From the NCBI GenBank assembly GCA_904063045.1, contig CAJFCJ010000014.1, positions 1,547,643 through 1,611,642 on the forward strand: a stretch of DNA of 64,000 nt, given 5' to 3'. This document shows positions 12,198 through 26,100 of the stretch, one piece after another. The notes under the pieces are model-generated. The model worked only from the letters and a program-made list of their open reading frames with translations. It ran no database searches and had not been told where the DNA came from. This DNA comes from Dimorphilus gyrociliatus (Eukaryota; Animalia; Annelida). The position numbers and the translations under genes are program-made. How positions within the stretch are numbered: position 1 is the stretch's first letter; each line of letters begins with the position of its first letter.

Positions 12198-12660
12198 ATT
12201 GAAACAGCTTATTGCTAACTGAAACATTATATCTTTCATGTTCGTGCTAATAAAATTCATTCCGTCTCTATAACGTTAACATTTTAAAGAGAATTTTACA
12301 TTATTGTCTTTCATGACTTTCGCATGCCATGTTTAAAGAAGTATATACGTTCTGCGCAATTATTTGCATGAAATACATTGTATAGAAGAGTAAATGGTAT
12401 TGGAATCACCGTTTCAGTGTGGGAGCAGTGTCATGCAGCCTGTCTGAATATGTTTCTGTAATACGTATATACTGGAACAGCCCATTGCTTTTTGAAAGAA
12501 ATATACGTATGGAAGAGAATCATTAAAAGAATAGAAAAGATATATCTTATTCTTTTTTTCTTAAACGATTATCGACAATTTTAATTTTCAATTTTTTTTA
12601 TTTATTCATTCTTACACTCATAAATTAACAAGCGGAATTTTCCCAGTAACCAACAAAACG

Positions 12661-13440
12661 TCATTTCCGTATCACGCGACGTGGCCACGTAGCCGTTAAA
12701 TTTGCCACGGAAGGCCAAGATTCACCTTCCGTATCCTCTAGCGATCTCCTGCTAAAAAGTTTCGCAGAATGATAGAGATCGTCGATTCGCTCTTGTACGG
12801 ATTTAATGCGCAGTTCGTTATCAGTCGTTCCATCTTTCTCCGATTTTATCCCATTACGAGTTTCATATATGTTCTCCAAATTCTTGACCCCCTTGTAGGA
12901 CGATTGTTCAGAGTTCAGATTAACGTACAAAACAGAAATACATCGTTTTCCACCTTGTTCGTCTCTAAAATGAGAAGAAATTACGTCTTTTTCGCAATAA
13001 ACCTTCTTTTTCCGTTCTTTCGCCTTTTCCTCAAAGATATTCTTCAGATTGCTAACACTTGGCAACCCTTGATTGCTGTCGTCGATTGAGGAGGTGTAAT
13101 CGACCTTGAGGAGCTCGTAATTTTTCCTATCGCACATCGTTCCCAAGGATTCATAGTTGGAGCCGTCATTGTCATCTAGTGAATTTGTCGACTGCGACGA
13201 TTCGCCTGTTTCGTACTTGTCAGAATTGAAACGACCACTATCTTCGCTAACAGCAATAAACCCGAAGTCGTTCTCAAACGAATACGTTCGCCTAGTCTTC
13301 CATTTATCATCCCAGCTTTCGCATAAGTTCACTATATCGTTTTCAGTCATTATGTCGGTCGACAGGTTGTACTTTAGTGTCGTTTTTAAATCTCTTTCTT
13401 GATTAAAAGACGTGCGGAGACTAGAAGTTCCCAGATACAT
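12661..13440 (-). CDS. Uncharacterised intronless, acidic/Ser-rich, probably disordered protein (about 259 aa from first ATG)
   Basis: 780-nt open frame with protein-like composition in AT-rich DNA; first ATG at 13440; AATAAA on the minus strand at about 12601-12606. No family recognised. Confidence 0.6.
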   Translation of the reverse strand: MYLGTSSLRTSFNQERDLKTTLKYNLSTDIMTENDIVNLCESWDDKWKTRRTYSFENDFGFIAVSEDSGRFNSDKYETGESSQSTNSLDDNDGSNYESLGTMCDRKNYELLKVDYTSSIDDSNQGLPSVSNLKNIFEEKAKERKKKVYCEKDVISSHFRDEQGGKRCISVLYVNLNSEQSSYKGVKNLENIYETRNGIKSEKDGTTDNELRIKSVQERIDDLYHSAKLFSRRSLEDTEGESWPSVANLTATWPRRVIRK

Positions 13441-13777
13441 CTCTGTTAGCCGCGCAAAACTCTTTTCAGAAAAACTTTGACGATGTCGCAAAACGTAAAC
13501 GACGTTTACAATCAACTTTTTATCCCAGAATAAAAAAGCACTGGAAGAGGAGTTTTAAAATCGACCAAAAGGCGAAAAAGATGGCCAAATCATCGAGGTG
13601 TAAACAGGTAACTAGTAAGTTTGGGCGCGAAAGCGATAAAAAAATAAATATCTGATCTTTTGAGTAACAGAATGAGTACAATCGAAATTTTTTATAGCCT
13701 TTTTATATCGAAACAAGACGAACAGAGAATCAAAGAAAATATATAAAGAAAAAGGTTTAAGTAGCGCAAAAAAAACT

Positions 13778-15255
<1,478 letters not shown>

Positions 15256-16969
15256 TCTGTGACGGGAAACCGGTATAAAATGCGAATTGAAAAAAAAAGC
15301 GGAGCCCGAGTGCGTTCGACAAAGTTCGTGTTTCAGGCCTGAGGGCAGTTCGGCCCTGGGCAAATGCACCGCGTTCTGCATAGAACTACTGCATTTCTCT
15401 TTGTGTTCTCCAATTTGCTTTTTTATTAACTGAATTAGTCTGCTTAACAATATGGCTTATATTATTTTCCAAGCATTGATGAATCTAAAATTAAATAGAC
15501 GAATCGCCACTTCCAACATACCGCAGCGCCATCTGTTATAACCACGAATTTAGTTCAAAGAGTCGTGCTTACCTTTAACTATCAAAGACTGTGATTGTCC
15601 TATCGCCGCGTGGTCATGCCGTCAAGAGGAAGAGGACTGAAGGAGTAGGGTTGTTGACGAGACGGCGCCAGAATGGCGTGTGGTAGCAATGTCTACGGGG
15701 GATGGCTTCAGGGCATTTCGTATTTCGCGCGAGATCTCGTAAACACAAACCAGCTTGGTCGATATAGATCTGCTAGTGCTAAAAATCTCCTCTTCTTTCC
15801 TAATGCAACTATTGCAAGAAAGGTCTTTTCTGTATTATTTCTTTCCTAATAGCTATTTTATTAGAGCAAGCGAAAGCAGGTAAAATGGGCATCCGTCCTT
15901 TCCTTTTAACTACTGTATTACAGTCGTTTACATTCTGTTTTTATCGATATTCTTAAGCTTATAATAACATGCCATTAAAAGTGAAAACCCACCCAATTTT
16001 CACTCTTTCTTATAATTTGAATGGAACACTTTGGGCAATTCTTATCGGTCTTATTTCTTAATAGATGGCGCTATAGGCCTTCATCGATGTTCCTACTTAA
16101 AACGATCAGCAATCGCGCTATTATATTTATACTGAATAGCATGTCATTTTGACCTTTATTATCAAATAGCAGACTAAATAACTTGAGAAGTCAATAACTT
16201 TTAATTATTCATAGTATCCAGTTTAGTAGTCATCATGGCAAGTTTAAAGAGCATATCGTGATACACTTATCCAAAAACCTTATGGGGTAAACAATAGATG
16301 GCGCTCTACTTTTTTTTCTCTTTTTTGAACGCTTGATCATTTTTTTAACGTTGGCAGATGACGCTTTGTATATAGGTCGATCGTACATGTCATTGTTATG
16401 CCCTTTTTCTCAAACTTTGCAAGCACGACACACAAAGACAAGTGAATGAAATCAAATAGTTTTTAGTTAAGTAAATTAACAGATCTCAAAGATCCTTTAG
16501 GGTACCTAGTTATCTGGCGTAAAAAGAATTAATTTAATTGTTTTCATCGGCTTTTTTATGGTAAGGAGTGTAATTAAATATTTTCAGTATTTTACTCACA
16601 GCACCAGTAGTCACGAAAAAAATGATTACAAAGAAAATGTGATTCAATGAAAAAGTCATTGGAAGGTAAAATTTGCAAAAATTTAATATTAAATTACATA
16701 CTCTATTCCGAAATTCGTATATTGCAACATAACTGTACAACCTAGAAAATTTTTATCTGGTAATTTTTTGAAATATCATTATTGCAACATCTTGGAAAAA
16801 TTAGGACATAGGTCATGTCAGTTTATTGCACAATATAACTATGCTTATGATTGTTTCTTAAGGATAAATTTAATATAATGTATATTTTTTTGCGTATATA
16901 CTTAGTTCATTAACCTTTCTTTTAATAAACGCAGAACTGCGTATATATACTGAAAATAAAACAAGAGAC

Positions 16970-17190
16970 CCTGACGTATAAACTTAGTCATAGGATTTGA
17001 GCCTATATTGCTCTGTTTTGTTTACGACGCTAGTAAAAATGACTCATTCTTAACGGCATAACGAACAAAAGGTTGTTTAGGCAATGTTTATTGGGTAAGT
17101 GATTCCTGCTAACCAATCACAGAGCTTGACACAAATATCCGGTTAGTGTTGATTGGCCCCGCCATTTTTTCTGACGTCATACCGGAATTT
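16970..17190 (+). promoter_or_regulatory. Immediate-early-type promoter of the IER gene
   Basis: Half-CRE TGACGTA at 16972, AP-1 TGACTCA at 17040, CCAAT/ATTGG at 17090, 17113 and 17152, full CRE TGACGTCA at 17172-17179, CCGGAA at about 17182. Confidence 0.65.
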
Positions 17191-17350
17191 TAGCTAGAGG
17201 TCATCCACAGTTTCCCCCAAGACTTGCCGGCTGACTATACAGTGAGGAGATTTTAACATTTTATAGGTGAATAGGAATAGGATTATCAACTTGAACATAT
17301 CACTTTAACTTGCTCACTACTATATTCTGAAGAACTAATTGAAAAAAGAA

Positions 17351-17926
17351 ATGGAAGCTCAAAAACTCATCGTTTTATCACTCGGCAAAATGTATGCTTC
17401 GCGCCAAAAACGTACAGGGGTAAACTTACACAAAAACTTACTAGTCTCAACTGTTTTGGTTAAGGCTAGGTCTCAATATGTAACGGATATGGAAAGAACA
17501 GAAGACGACAGTAAGCCAGAAGATGATGATGAAGATGATACTGCTGAAGACCACGTTGTACCTGACCAAACTCCGTCTTTCGATATGGAAAACACAATAG
17601 TAGACTTAGAAAATACTTCGCAAGAAACAGTTGAAGAAGAAACTGACACTACAACCACACTCACATGCGCCAGAGTCTGTAAACGACGACTTACATCAGA
17701 AGAAGAAGAAGAATATCAAACACCTCCCTCAAAAAGACAGAAAAATGTTGAAAGTTATTTGGAACCCATGCAGACTGAACCAGTTCATATTAGTTCTCTA
17801 GTCAATGATTTTAACCACGGATTTACTGGACTGTTAACTTCAGACTTGTCGTGTTCGACATCTGTTAAAGGCCAATCGTCCTTTGCTACATCAGTTTCGT
17901 CGGCGTTAATCGCCTTGACAGTTTAG
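17351..17926 (+). CDS. Immediate early response protein (IER2/IER5 family)
   Basis: Intronless. N-terminal MEAQKLIVLSLGKMYASRQKRTGVNLHKNLLVSTVL.KAR and C-terminal ISSLVNDFNHGFTGLL match the two conserved IER blocks. Confidence 0.9.
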   Translation: MEAQKLIVLSLGKMYASRQKRTGVNLHKNLLVSTVLVKARSQYVTDMERTEDDSKPEDDDEDDTAEDHVVPDQTPSFDMENTIVDLENTSQETVEEETDTTTTLTCARVCKRRLTSEEEEEYQTPPSKRQKNVESYLEPMQTEPVHISSLVNDFNHGFTGLLTSDLSCSTSVKGQSSFATSVSSALIALTV

Positions 17927-18600
17927 ATATATATATATAATAACTGTTTTTTTGCTATTTATTTCGTATTTGGTTTCAAAAAAGATACATTAATCACAGT
18001 ACTCGATGAACTTTCTCTAAATCTGCGTGAGTCATCTGTAGGCGTAACTTTCTATCCACGTGTATGACGTAATAGCAAGGGCAATAGTAAATTTGGCGGG
18101 AAACCTCCCACCTATAGCGTCATAAACATTTAAGGAATTTAGGTCACGCGTCACTACGAGAAAAGCCCTGGTCATACTGCTTTTAACTGGACTCGGGGGG
18201 AATCTCTATCATAGAGTTCAGTAATAATTAGATACCGTTATTTACTTCCTAATGTCAAAAGGAAAGGATTGGTAATCAAGCATGAGTAAGGAAATCCCGT
18301 CCTATTTTTAATGATTCATCTTGCCCGATATCCTTGGTATAGTACGCAATTACAAGATTCCTTCCTAAAGGCTCAGATAAGCCGAATATAACTAAGCACT
18401 CGCAGAAGAGAGTTCAGAGGTCGGTCACAATAGCGCGCATTTGGCAATGTTCCAGGTCGTCCTATACAAAGGCGTTGTTAATAGTTTCCAAGGTTACACT
18501 CTCCCTCTGTTTATAGGCTCACTTTGCTAGCCAATGTATACACCGACGCGTGGCAACGTTCGATCTTGTGCATAATTACTTTTTGCAGAATCATCCCGAC

Positions 18601-20830
18601 ATGACGTCTAAATTAAAGGAAGAGACAACTGTCTTCTTTCAGCGTACGTCTGTGAAAGGGTGCTGGCGTGTTCTTCGCCAAGATAACTCTTTTTTCTTAA
18701 AGAGTCTTTGGGTATTAAGTATCATCGGATTTATTTCTATAGCCCTTTATATGGTTTGTACAATGAGAAATACCAACGAAATAGGCTTATTAAACATGGT
18801 GGTTTTTATCCTTTGTTATATTCACACAGTCAGTGTCAATCTTATTAGAATACTATACATATCCTAAAGTTGCGGTAATGACTGACGACCCAATTGGAGG
18901 GTCATTTGGTATATTTCCATCGATTACAATCTGCAACAATTTCCCTTTTAGTATGGATAAGGTAGAAAATTATTTTTATTCTACAGAATAAAACTACCTA
19001 TTTAACTAAAGTATCGGCTAATAAATGGCGGTCTATAAACTTTTCTTCTTTATTTGCTCATTTATAGATTAATCGACTTAAATTACCAACTATTGATGAG
19101 TTTTATACAAAAGTCGATAAGGCAGCTGAAGCAATTGGTGGAAGTAATAGATTTTTAGAAGGCATAAAGTCAATAGGCGGATATTTTTCATATCTTGGAA
19201 TTAATAACGTTAAGAAAGTAGCTCATAAGAAAGATGAACTCTTCCTGGAATGTAAAGTTATTTTATTGGAAGGTTATCTTAACGATTATAGAAATTGTAC
19301 TACGACTCTGCTGAGTAGAGTTGATCGTTATTTGCATCCAGATTATTTTGCTTGTTACACGTAATATACTTTCCATTCAACTTTTTAAAAGACTTCACAT
19401 TAGCTCATTTTCCTACCTGTTATCGACCAGGATTCGCCCACTATACAATGAATCTTACTCAGACGGTCTCACATCTTTACTCTTAAATGGCTTGCAGACT
19501 GTTCTGCATTTAAAGGAATCTGGAGAAAATCTGAGTTTCAATGGTTCGAAGGGAGCTAAATTTACGGTTGATTCTCAAAGTGTTTCTATTCTATCCAATT
19601 TTCAAAACACCTTCTGCTTTTTTCTTTTCGTTTTCAAAAGTTATACAACATGAATTTACCGTATATATTCTTCTCTTCCAATTCCTATGTTTATAGGTGC
19701 ATCAGCCCGATGCATGGTTTAATGTAAAAATACATGGTCATGACGTTCGTCCATCTTCTATGACTACAGCCCAGATCGCAGGCTCCGCGGATGTAAAACT
19801 TGAAAAACCATATGGAAATTGCTATAATTCATCTTTTATTGAGCCTGTTAAAACTTTGGAAGGTTACAATTTGATGTATTCATCTAGTGCCTGTTATGCC
19901 CTGTGCAAACTAAAAGCTATAGCCGAAAATTGCCAATGTATCGATCCTTATCAATTGATATCACCAGATCACATAAATAAATACAGAAATTATAGTCTTT
20001 GCCATAAATTGCCAGATGTAATTACAAAAGAAAGCATCGAGAAATTCGTGAACAGATTGCAATGCAGGTTGGTAATGAAGACGGGATTTTTTTAATTCCC
20101 TTAATTGCATTGACTATATTTCCCATTAGGGAACGGGAAGTTTTGAAAGCTGAGAAAACTTGTATACCTACATGTAGACCTCCTTGCTTAAGAATGGTGT
20201 ATAAAGTTGATCTAGGAGAGGGTATTTGGCCAGACAAGCGTCAAGTCATGTCCGTGTACGAAGGCCTTATATTAAACAAAGTATTTCATAAAGATTATCT
20301 CGATTACTACGATATATTTAAGAAATGGTCAACAACGAAAGAGCCATCCGATATTCTACTGAACAAAAAAAATAGATTAGAAAAGAATTTAATCTTAGTA
20401 AGGAACCGCACCATTAATAGAATAATTCACTTCATCTCATTTCTTATCCCTTATTATTATAATTACATTATTTCCCTAGCTAAAATTCTACTGGATGTCA
20501 CAAACTGGTTATTTCTCAAGGATCGATCAAAAAGTATATGATGCTGCTGACCTATTTTCACAAATAGGCGGAATTTTAAATCTGTGGACAGGAATTACAT
20601 TTATATTATTAGTCGAGATATTCGAATTCTTATATAGGTTAGTTTAATCCAGTTCGGATTGCATTAAATAATTCAATTAAATATAATGAGATGATATAAA
20701 CAGATTATTTATGCTTAAAACTGCAAAGAAGGCAGAAGAGCGCCTTGGAACATCTCTCCAAAGAACGAGAACGGCACTAAATTTAATAAGAACTGATAAA
20801 ACTCGATGCACGACTGGCCGTCGCAACTAA
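18601..20830 (+). CDS. DEG/ENaC family ion channel subunit
   Basis: Spliced exons give TM1 (LWVLSIIGFISIALYM), FPSITICN, YFACYT, a Cys-rich thumb (PYGNC...YSSSACYALC...ENCQC...CIPTCRPPC) and TM2 (DLFSQIGGILNLWTGITFILLVEIFE). A small upstream exon (ATG 18447) may extend the N-terminus. Confidence 0.9.
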
Positions 20831-21709
20831 ATGGATATGAAAAATTTATAAATGAACTTACGATATTCTCTATTCTTCTGTCTTACGTTCGAAAAAAGAA
20901 CTCAAAAACGGATATGGAAATATGAAATCAGTTGCGCCATCTATATTTTCGAAAACAAACTAAGGTTTTTCAGACTTTACTTTGATCATTGTCTATTAAT
21001 GAAATAATTTTTTAATGGCCCATTCTATTCGCTTGAATAGATGCCACGATGCTTTTAGAATTGTACCAGGCTGGATTATATGTATAATTCACATGTCACC
21101 GCACGAATATCGTTATATTGCTTATCTTGAACTTGTTTTTAGAATATATATTTTCACAAGACAAACAAACTTGCAGTAACATTACAATCCGATTTTGAGA
21201 TTAAAATAACCAATACAAATTATCGTTTTATGGTATTTTCCCACATATATTAAGATCTAAATGGCAAAAAAAGTGAACTTGATCGTTTATCATTTCATCA
21301 TAATTGAATAAACTTTTACTTAACTTTGACAAACATAGCGTTATTTTTTATAATAAGTAGGCGTAATTTCAATTGTAATTCACTCTTAATCTAATAATTT
21401 ATATTAAATTTAATTGATTTATACCTCTATTGTACTTACTTTTCTTTTATGTCCAACGGCAATATAAACATTTCATTGGATATGAATATTTATAATCAGA
21501 AGGTATTACATAACTAGGTCAATATTTTAAAAAAATAATGAACAATTATAATTAAGGAAATAAAAAATTATACATAATTTACTTTATGATATTTATCTAT
21601 TAAATTGTATTTATTGCATAGAACACTCAAAAGTTAAAAAGACACTTTTATATACTGCATGGAAAGATATAAATAATCAGCACTAATCCAGTTCTATCCA
21701 GCACATATT

Positions 21710-22467
21710 TTATTCTGTTTTTATTCTCTTTTCTAAACTAATTTTCTCTTTTCTTTCTTGATCGTTCGCCCGTGGATGAAGTCGTTTTCTCCCTCTTTTT
21801 ATTGGTACGTGGCAGGTTTTTATTGGCTTTATTTCAATTCCTGAGCTCGTTAGGATGGATCTAAAAAAGAAAACAGCGAAAAGAGGGTGATTAGTTAATA
21901 AAAGTTAATTACTGCGTAATTATCAATAAATATTTCTATAATGATATCTTCTATTTAAGGTTTGTTAGCGTAAAAGTTTTGTATGATTATTCTCTAAGTA
22001 TCGTAATTTAGATGAAAGAATGAAGGTTAATTTTAGGGGGAATTAATAAAAAAATAAAAAAAAGTACCTTAAAGCCGAGATATAATGAATAGCCAAACGA
22101 AGAGTAGCAATCTTCGATAATTTTTGATGCTCGCTTAAGTTTGATTTAGGCACAACTAATCTTAAGGCGTCGAAAGCGTCATTCAGCAAATGCATACGAC
22201 TTCTCTCCCTATGGTTTGTTAGTGGGAAAAAATTAATTATAAATGAGGGATTTTTCTTATCATACTAGGGTTTAAATGGACTTACCTTGCTGTTGCTCCT
22301 TGTCGCGAGAGCGGCTTTGGAACTGTCGACTGGGGAATTAAATCGTAACGTTGCTGGGATGAATGAGGTATTAACTGCTGATTGTAGGCGGAATACGCAA
22401 ATGCTTCATCGTAGTAATAATTAGGTTCGTTATTGAAGTTTCTATAATAATTATTCGGCCTCTCCAT
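21710..22467 (-). CDS. Putative 110-aa two-exon orphan protein
   Basis: Exon 22467-22286 ends at a consensus AG|GTAAGT donor; exon 21860-21710 follows a polypyrimidine AG. The join is in frame to a stop. No family recognised. Confidence 0.5.
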
Positions 22468-23196
22468 TATTTCTTAGCAAACTGCCAATAGATTAGGAGC
22501 TTAACGCTCTCTTTGGCCACGCCTTTACTTGCGCATCAGTAGCTGATTGGCTGGATTTAGGACGCTCGAGCGTTTATCTTATCAAACCATTTTATTGACA
22601 AGCCAACGACTTTGATGTAGCGTTGATTGATGTTCGTTAAAAGTTATCACCTTCCATCGCTAATTGTTTGTTGAGTGAGCGTGCGGACCAAATACCGTCT
22701 TTTCTGAGACAAACCGGGTTATCGTTTGTCGTGGGAATGCAAATATATGAAAGTTTTATGAAAATATCATTTTTTATTATAAGACATTGGAAAAAGTTCT
22801 TTTATTCTCTATTTTCCAACTGCAAAAGAGGGTGAAAAGTGATCCGATCAAAAAGCAGGTGCATATCTCGAATTGACAACTGGTTTTCTTTATCTGCAAA
22901 AGTTTGCAGGTGCAGTTTCCTTAAAATACAACTGCGCCATCTGTAATAGAAAAGGGTAAGGCAGGTAGAAGGCGCTTCCAGGCTGTAGTGAATGTATTGT
23001 CCTATTTACAAATAGCAGACGTGGGCAACGTATTTCGACCTATTTTTTTCTATTATTTTTCAATATTTTAGCACAGGGTGACCTCTTTTCTACCGATGCG
23101 TATCGAGACATATTGAAAAATCACGATCTCACGTCCGCCACCCTTCTCAAGTTATTCTTTTGCGCAGAGGAGGCGATAAAGGGAAGAACCAAAAAA

Positions 23197-26100
23197 ATGG
23201 TCCTCACCACTCTTCTTTTGTTTTTATCAGTCAGTCCACTGGTGAAGCCCGAAATGTTTACTGCGTTAGTTCACATGGAGAAGTCTATACATGCGGAAAA
23301 AAGGTTAGCAAAGGAAATTCGCAGCTACGTGACCAAGGAAAGGGAGCGTCTGAACGAACTAGAGCGCATAGCTAACGAATACGAGTCTCATGCCGAATCA
23401 GCAATGGGGGATATGCATGCTACTCTAGCCAATCCAGTTAGTGCCTTCTTACTTGTTAAGAGGTTTACAACCGATTGGAATGATGTTCTCAATAAGTACA
23501 TGACGCCTAATAACACAAATCAGTTTATTGCGTCCCTACCCCAACTCACTGAAGGATTTCCAAGTCCTGAAGATCTTGACGGTGCAGCGGTTGCTCTTCT
23601 GAGATTGCAAGACACTTATGTCTTACCTACTGATAAAGTAGCAAAAGGTACTAATTACTTCTTCTCAACTGTTATTTGACTTTTGCTTAATCAATTTTAA
23701 TTGTCTTTCGAACATCTTCAGGGGAAATTAAAGGAGTTCGTTACTCACCAAAGATGACGGCTCAAGATTGCTTTCAGCTTGGCAAAGTCGCCTACAGCCA
23801 AGGAGACTATTATCATACAATGCTCTGGATGAAAGAAGCTCTCACTATACTAGAAAATGAAACATCTAAAACCATTGAAAAGCCAATTATCCTTGATTAT
23901 TTAGCCTATTCAACTTATATGGTAGAATAGATTAATACTTTATAATGTTTCCTATGATAATCATCTTAATCCTTATCACTATATGTTTCTCTCTTATCCC
24001 AAATAGCAAGGAAATTGGATACACGCCTTAAACTTAACGAAAGAGTGGTTAAATGAAGGTACAAACAGTTTTTATTTGGTTTTCTAATTAAAGACAACAC
24101 AATTATTTGATTTTTCGCACAGAACCCAACCATGTTAGAGCACAGAGTAACCATGATTACTATTCAAAATTAATTAGAGAAGCCAAGGAAAATGGGAAGA
24201 AAGATGAAGAATTAGATGTCGTCAATAATCCTAGACAGTTAGATGAATATAGACAGAGTGAAGAATTTGCAAAATACGAAGCATTATGTAGAGGGGAAGA
24301 AACTCAAGTATATCCATTAGCTCATAAATTAACTTGTCAATACAAGAGGCACCATCCATATTTTATCCTTCGACCGTTGAAAGAGGAGATCATGTATTTC
24401 GATCCTTGGATTGCTATCTATCACGATCTAATGACAGAGTCAGAAGTCAAGAGAATACAGGAAATGGCAGGTCCTAGGGTAAATATGTAACATTCTTACT
24501 ATATCGCTATTTCTTTTTTTCTTAACTTGAAAAAGTTTTAACAAAATGGAAAATGTTACATAGTTAAATCGCGCAACTGTCCAAAATCCTTCTACTGGAA
24601 AGCTTGAATTCGCAACATATAGAGTCAGTAAAAGGTAAAAAAATATGTATATATACTAAGAAACCAACACACATTTGTACCATTCTTCGTGGTGACTGGC
24701 AGATGTCGTTCAGCTGTGTATGACGATATATAATATGTTTCTTCATTGAGGGCGTGTTTTCCTACTCATACACACCGTATATTTTTGATAAAAAAAATTC
24801 CTCTCTTATTTGGGTTATTTATTCTATATCTCCTCTCTACGTTTTTTTTTACATCTTTAGACGAAATTACTTTAAATTTTTCTAGTTACATCGATCAGGA
24901 GTATTTGTTACTGAAGATAACAAAAGTCCAACTACAAATTACCGCACAAGTCAGAGGTATCTTTGGTGTTTGTTATTCCTGACATTTCTTCTCTTACATC
25001 TAACTATTTTTCAATAATGTAATATTGTTTTGTTGCACTTTTCTTATTCAGCTAAAAGCCTCATCGTGTATATACCAACTACTCTATCAATCTTTCTCTA
25101 TTTCTATCTTTCTCTCTCAATCACCCTTTCTCTATTATTTCGTTCTCTCACTCACCCACTCTTGCCAAAAACCTTAAAATTTGGGGAAAAACTCGTTCAA
25201 GCTCATGAATAATTTTGCTGAGTGAAAATATTTCTACGGTGTGTTTTTTTTTTGTAAAAGAAAATAAAAAAAAGCCAGCCCACATGCCAGTCATTACAAA
25301 GGAGAAAATATATGCATATATTAATATATATATATACAGTATATACTGTACAATATTGTTTATTTATAGATATACTATATATATATATAAATTTATATAT
25401 GCTATATATGCTATACATGCTATATATATATATATGTAAATAGTTTGAAAATATTTAAAAGTAATTATAATCATTTATGTAGTGCCTGGTTGAAAGATCA
25501 TGAAGATCCGATAATTGCCCATGTCAGCGGTAAAATCAATAAAATGACAAATTTAACTTTGGAAACTGCTGAAGAATTGCAGGTACTTAAGAAAGAATGG
25601 CAATATATAAATATATATATAGATATTATTCATTAATTGAAAAAAATGGGGAAAAGAGGGCAGCTCAGATCAATGGATATTATTAGATCGCTTAGCATGC
25701 GAGTTTTAATTACCTAAGTTATTGGCTCCTTTTAAAAGCATCCCTTTGATTTGATTTTTATTAGTGCTTTAATATGCTTTCTCGCCCTTCTCCTAATGCC
25801 TTAGTTCACTTATCTAACAGTTAAAAGAGACCTTGACGTTTATTAAACGTCTTCTCCTTCTCTCTCTCTCTCTCTGTCCTTCTCGATTTGACAAAACTAA
25901 GTCATCGAGATATAATTAAAATTTAAAATGAATGGCTATAGTATATTTATACTATATATAAATATATATTGTCTATAAATATCTATAACAAAAACCGAAT
26001 TTTATGGCTTTTCTTAGCGCATGGCTATCAGATAATGATGATCCTCTAATACGAGCATTTTCTGGAAAGATTCACTTGATGAGCAATTTAACATTACCTA

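Noticed and set aside
24704-24733. CRSAVYDDI* as a third variant of P4H exon A
   Set aside because: In-frame stop, wrong length and no matching splice sites; at most a relic.
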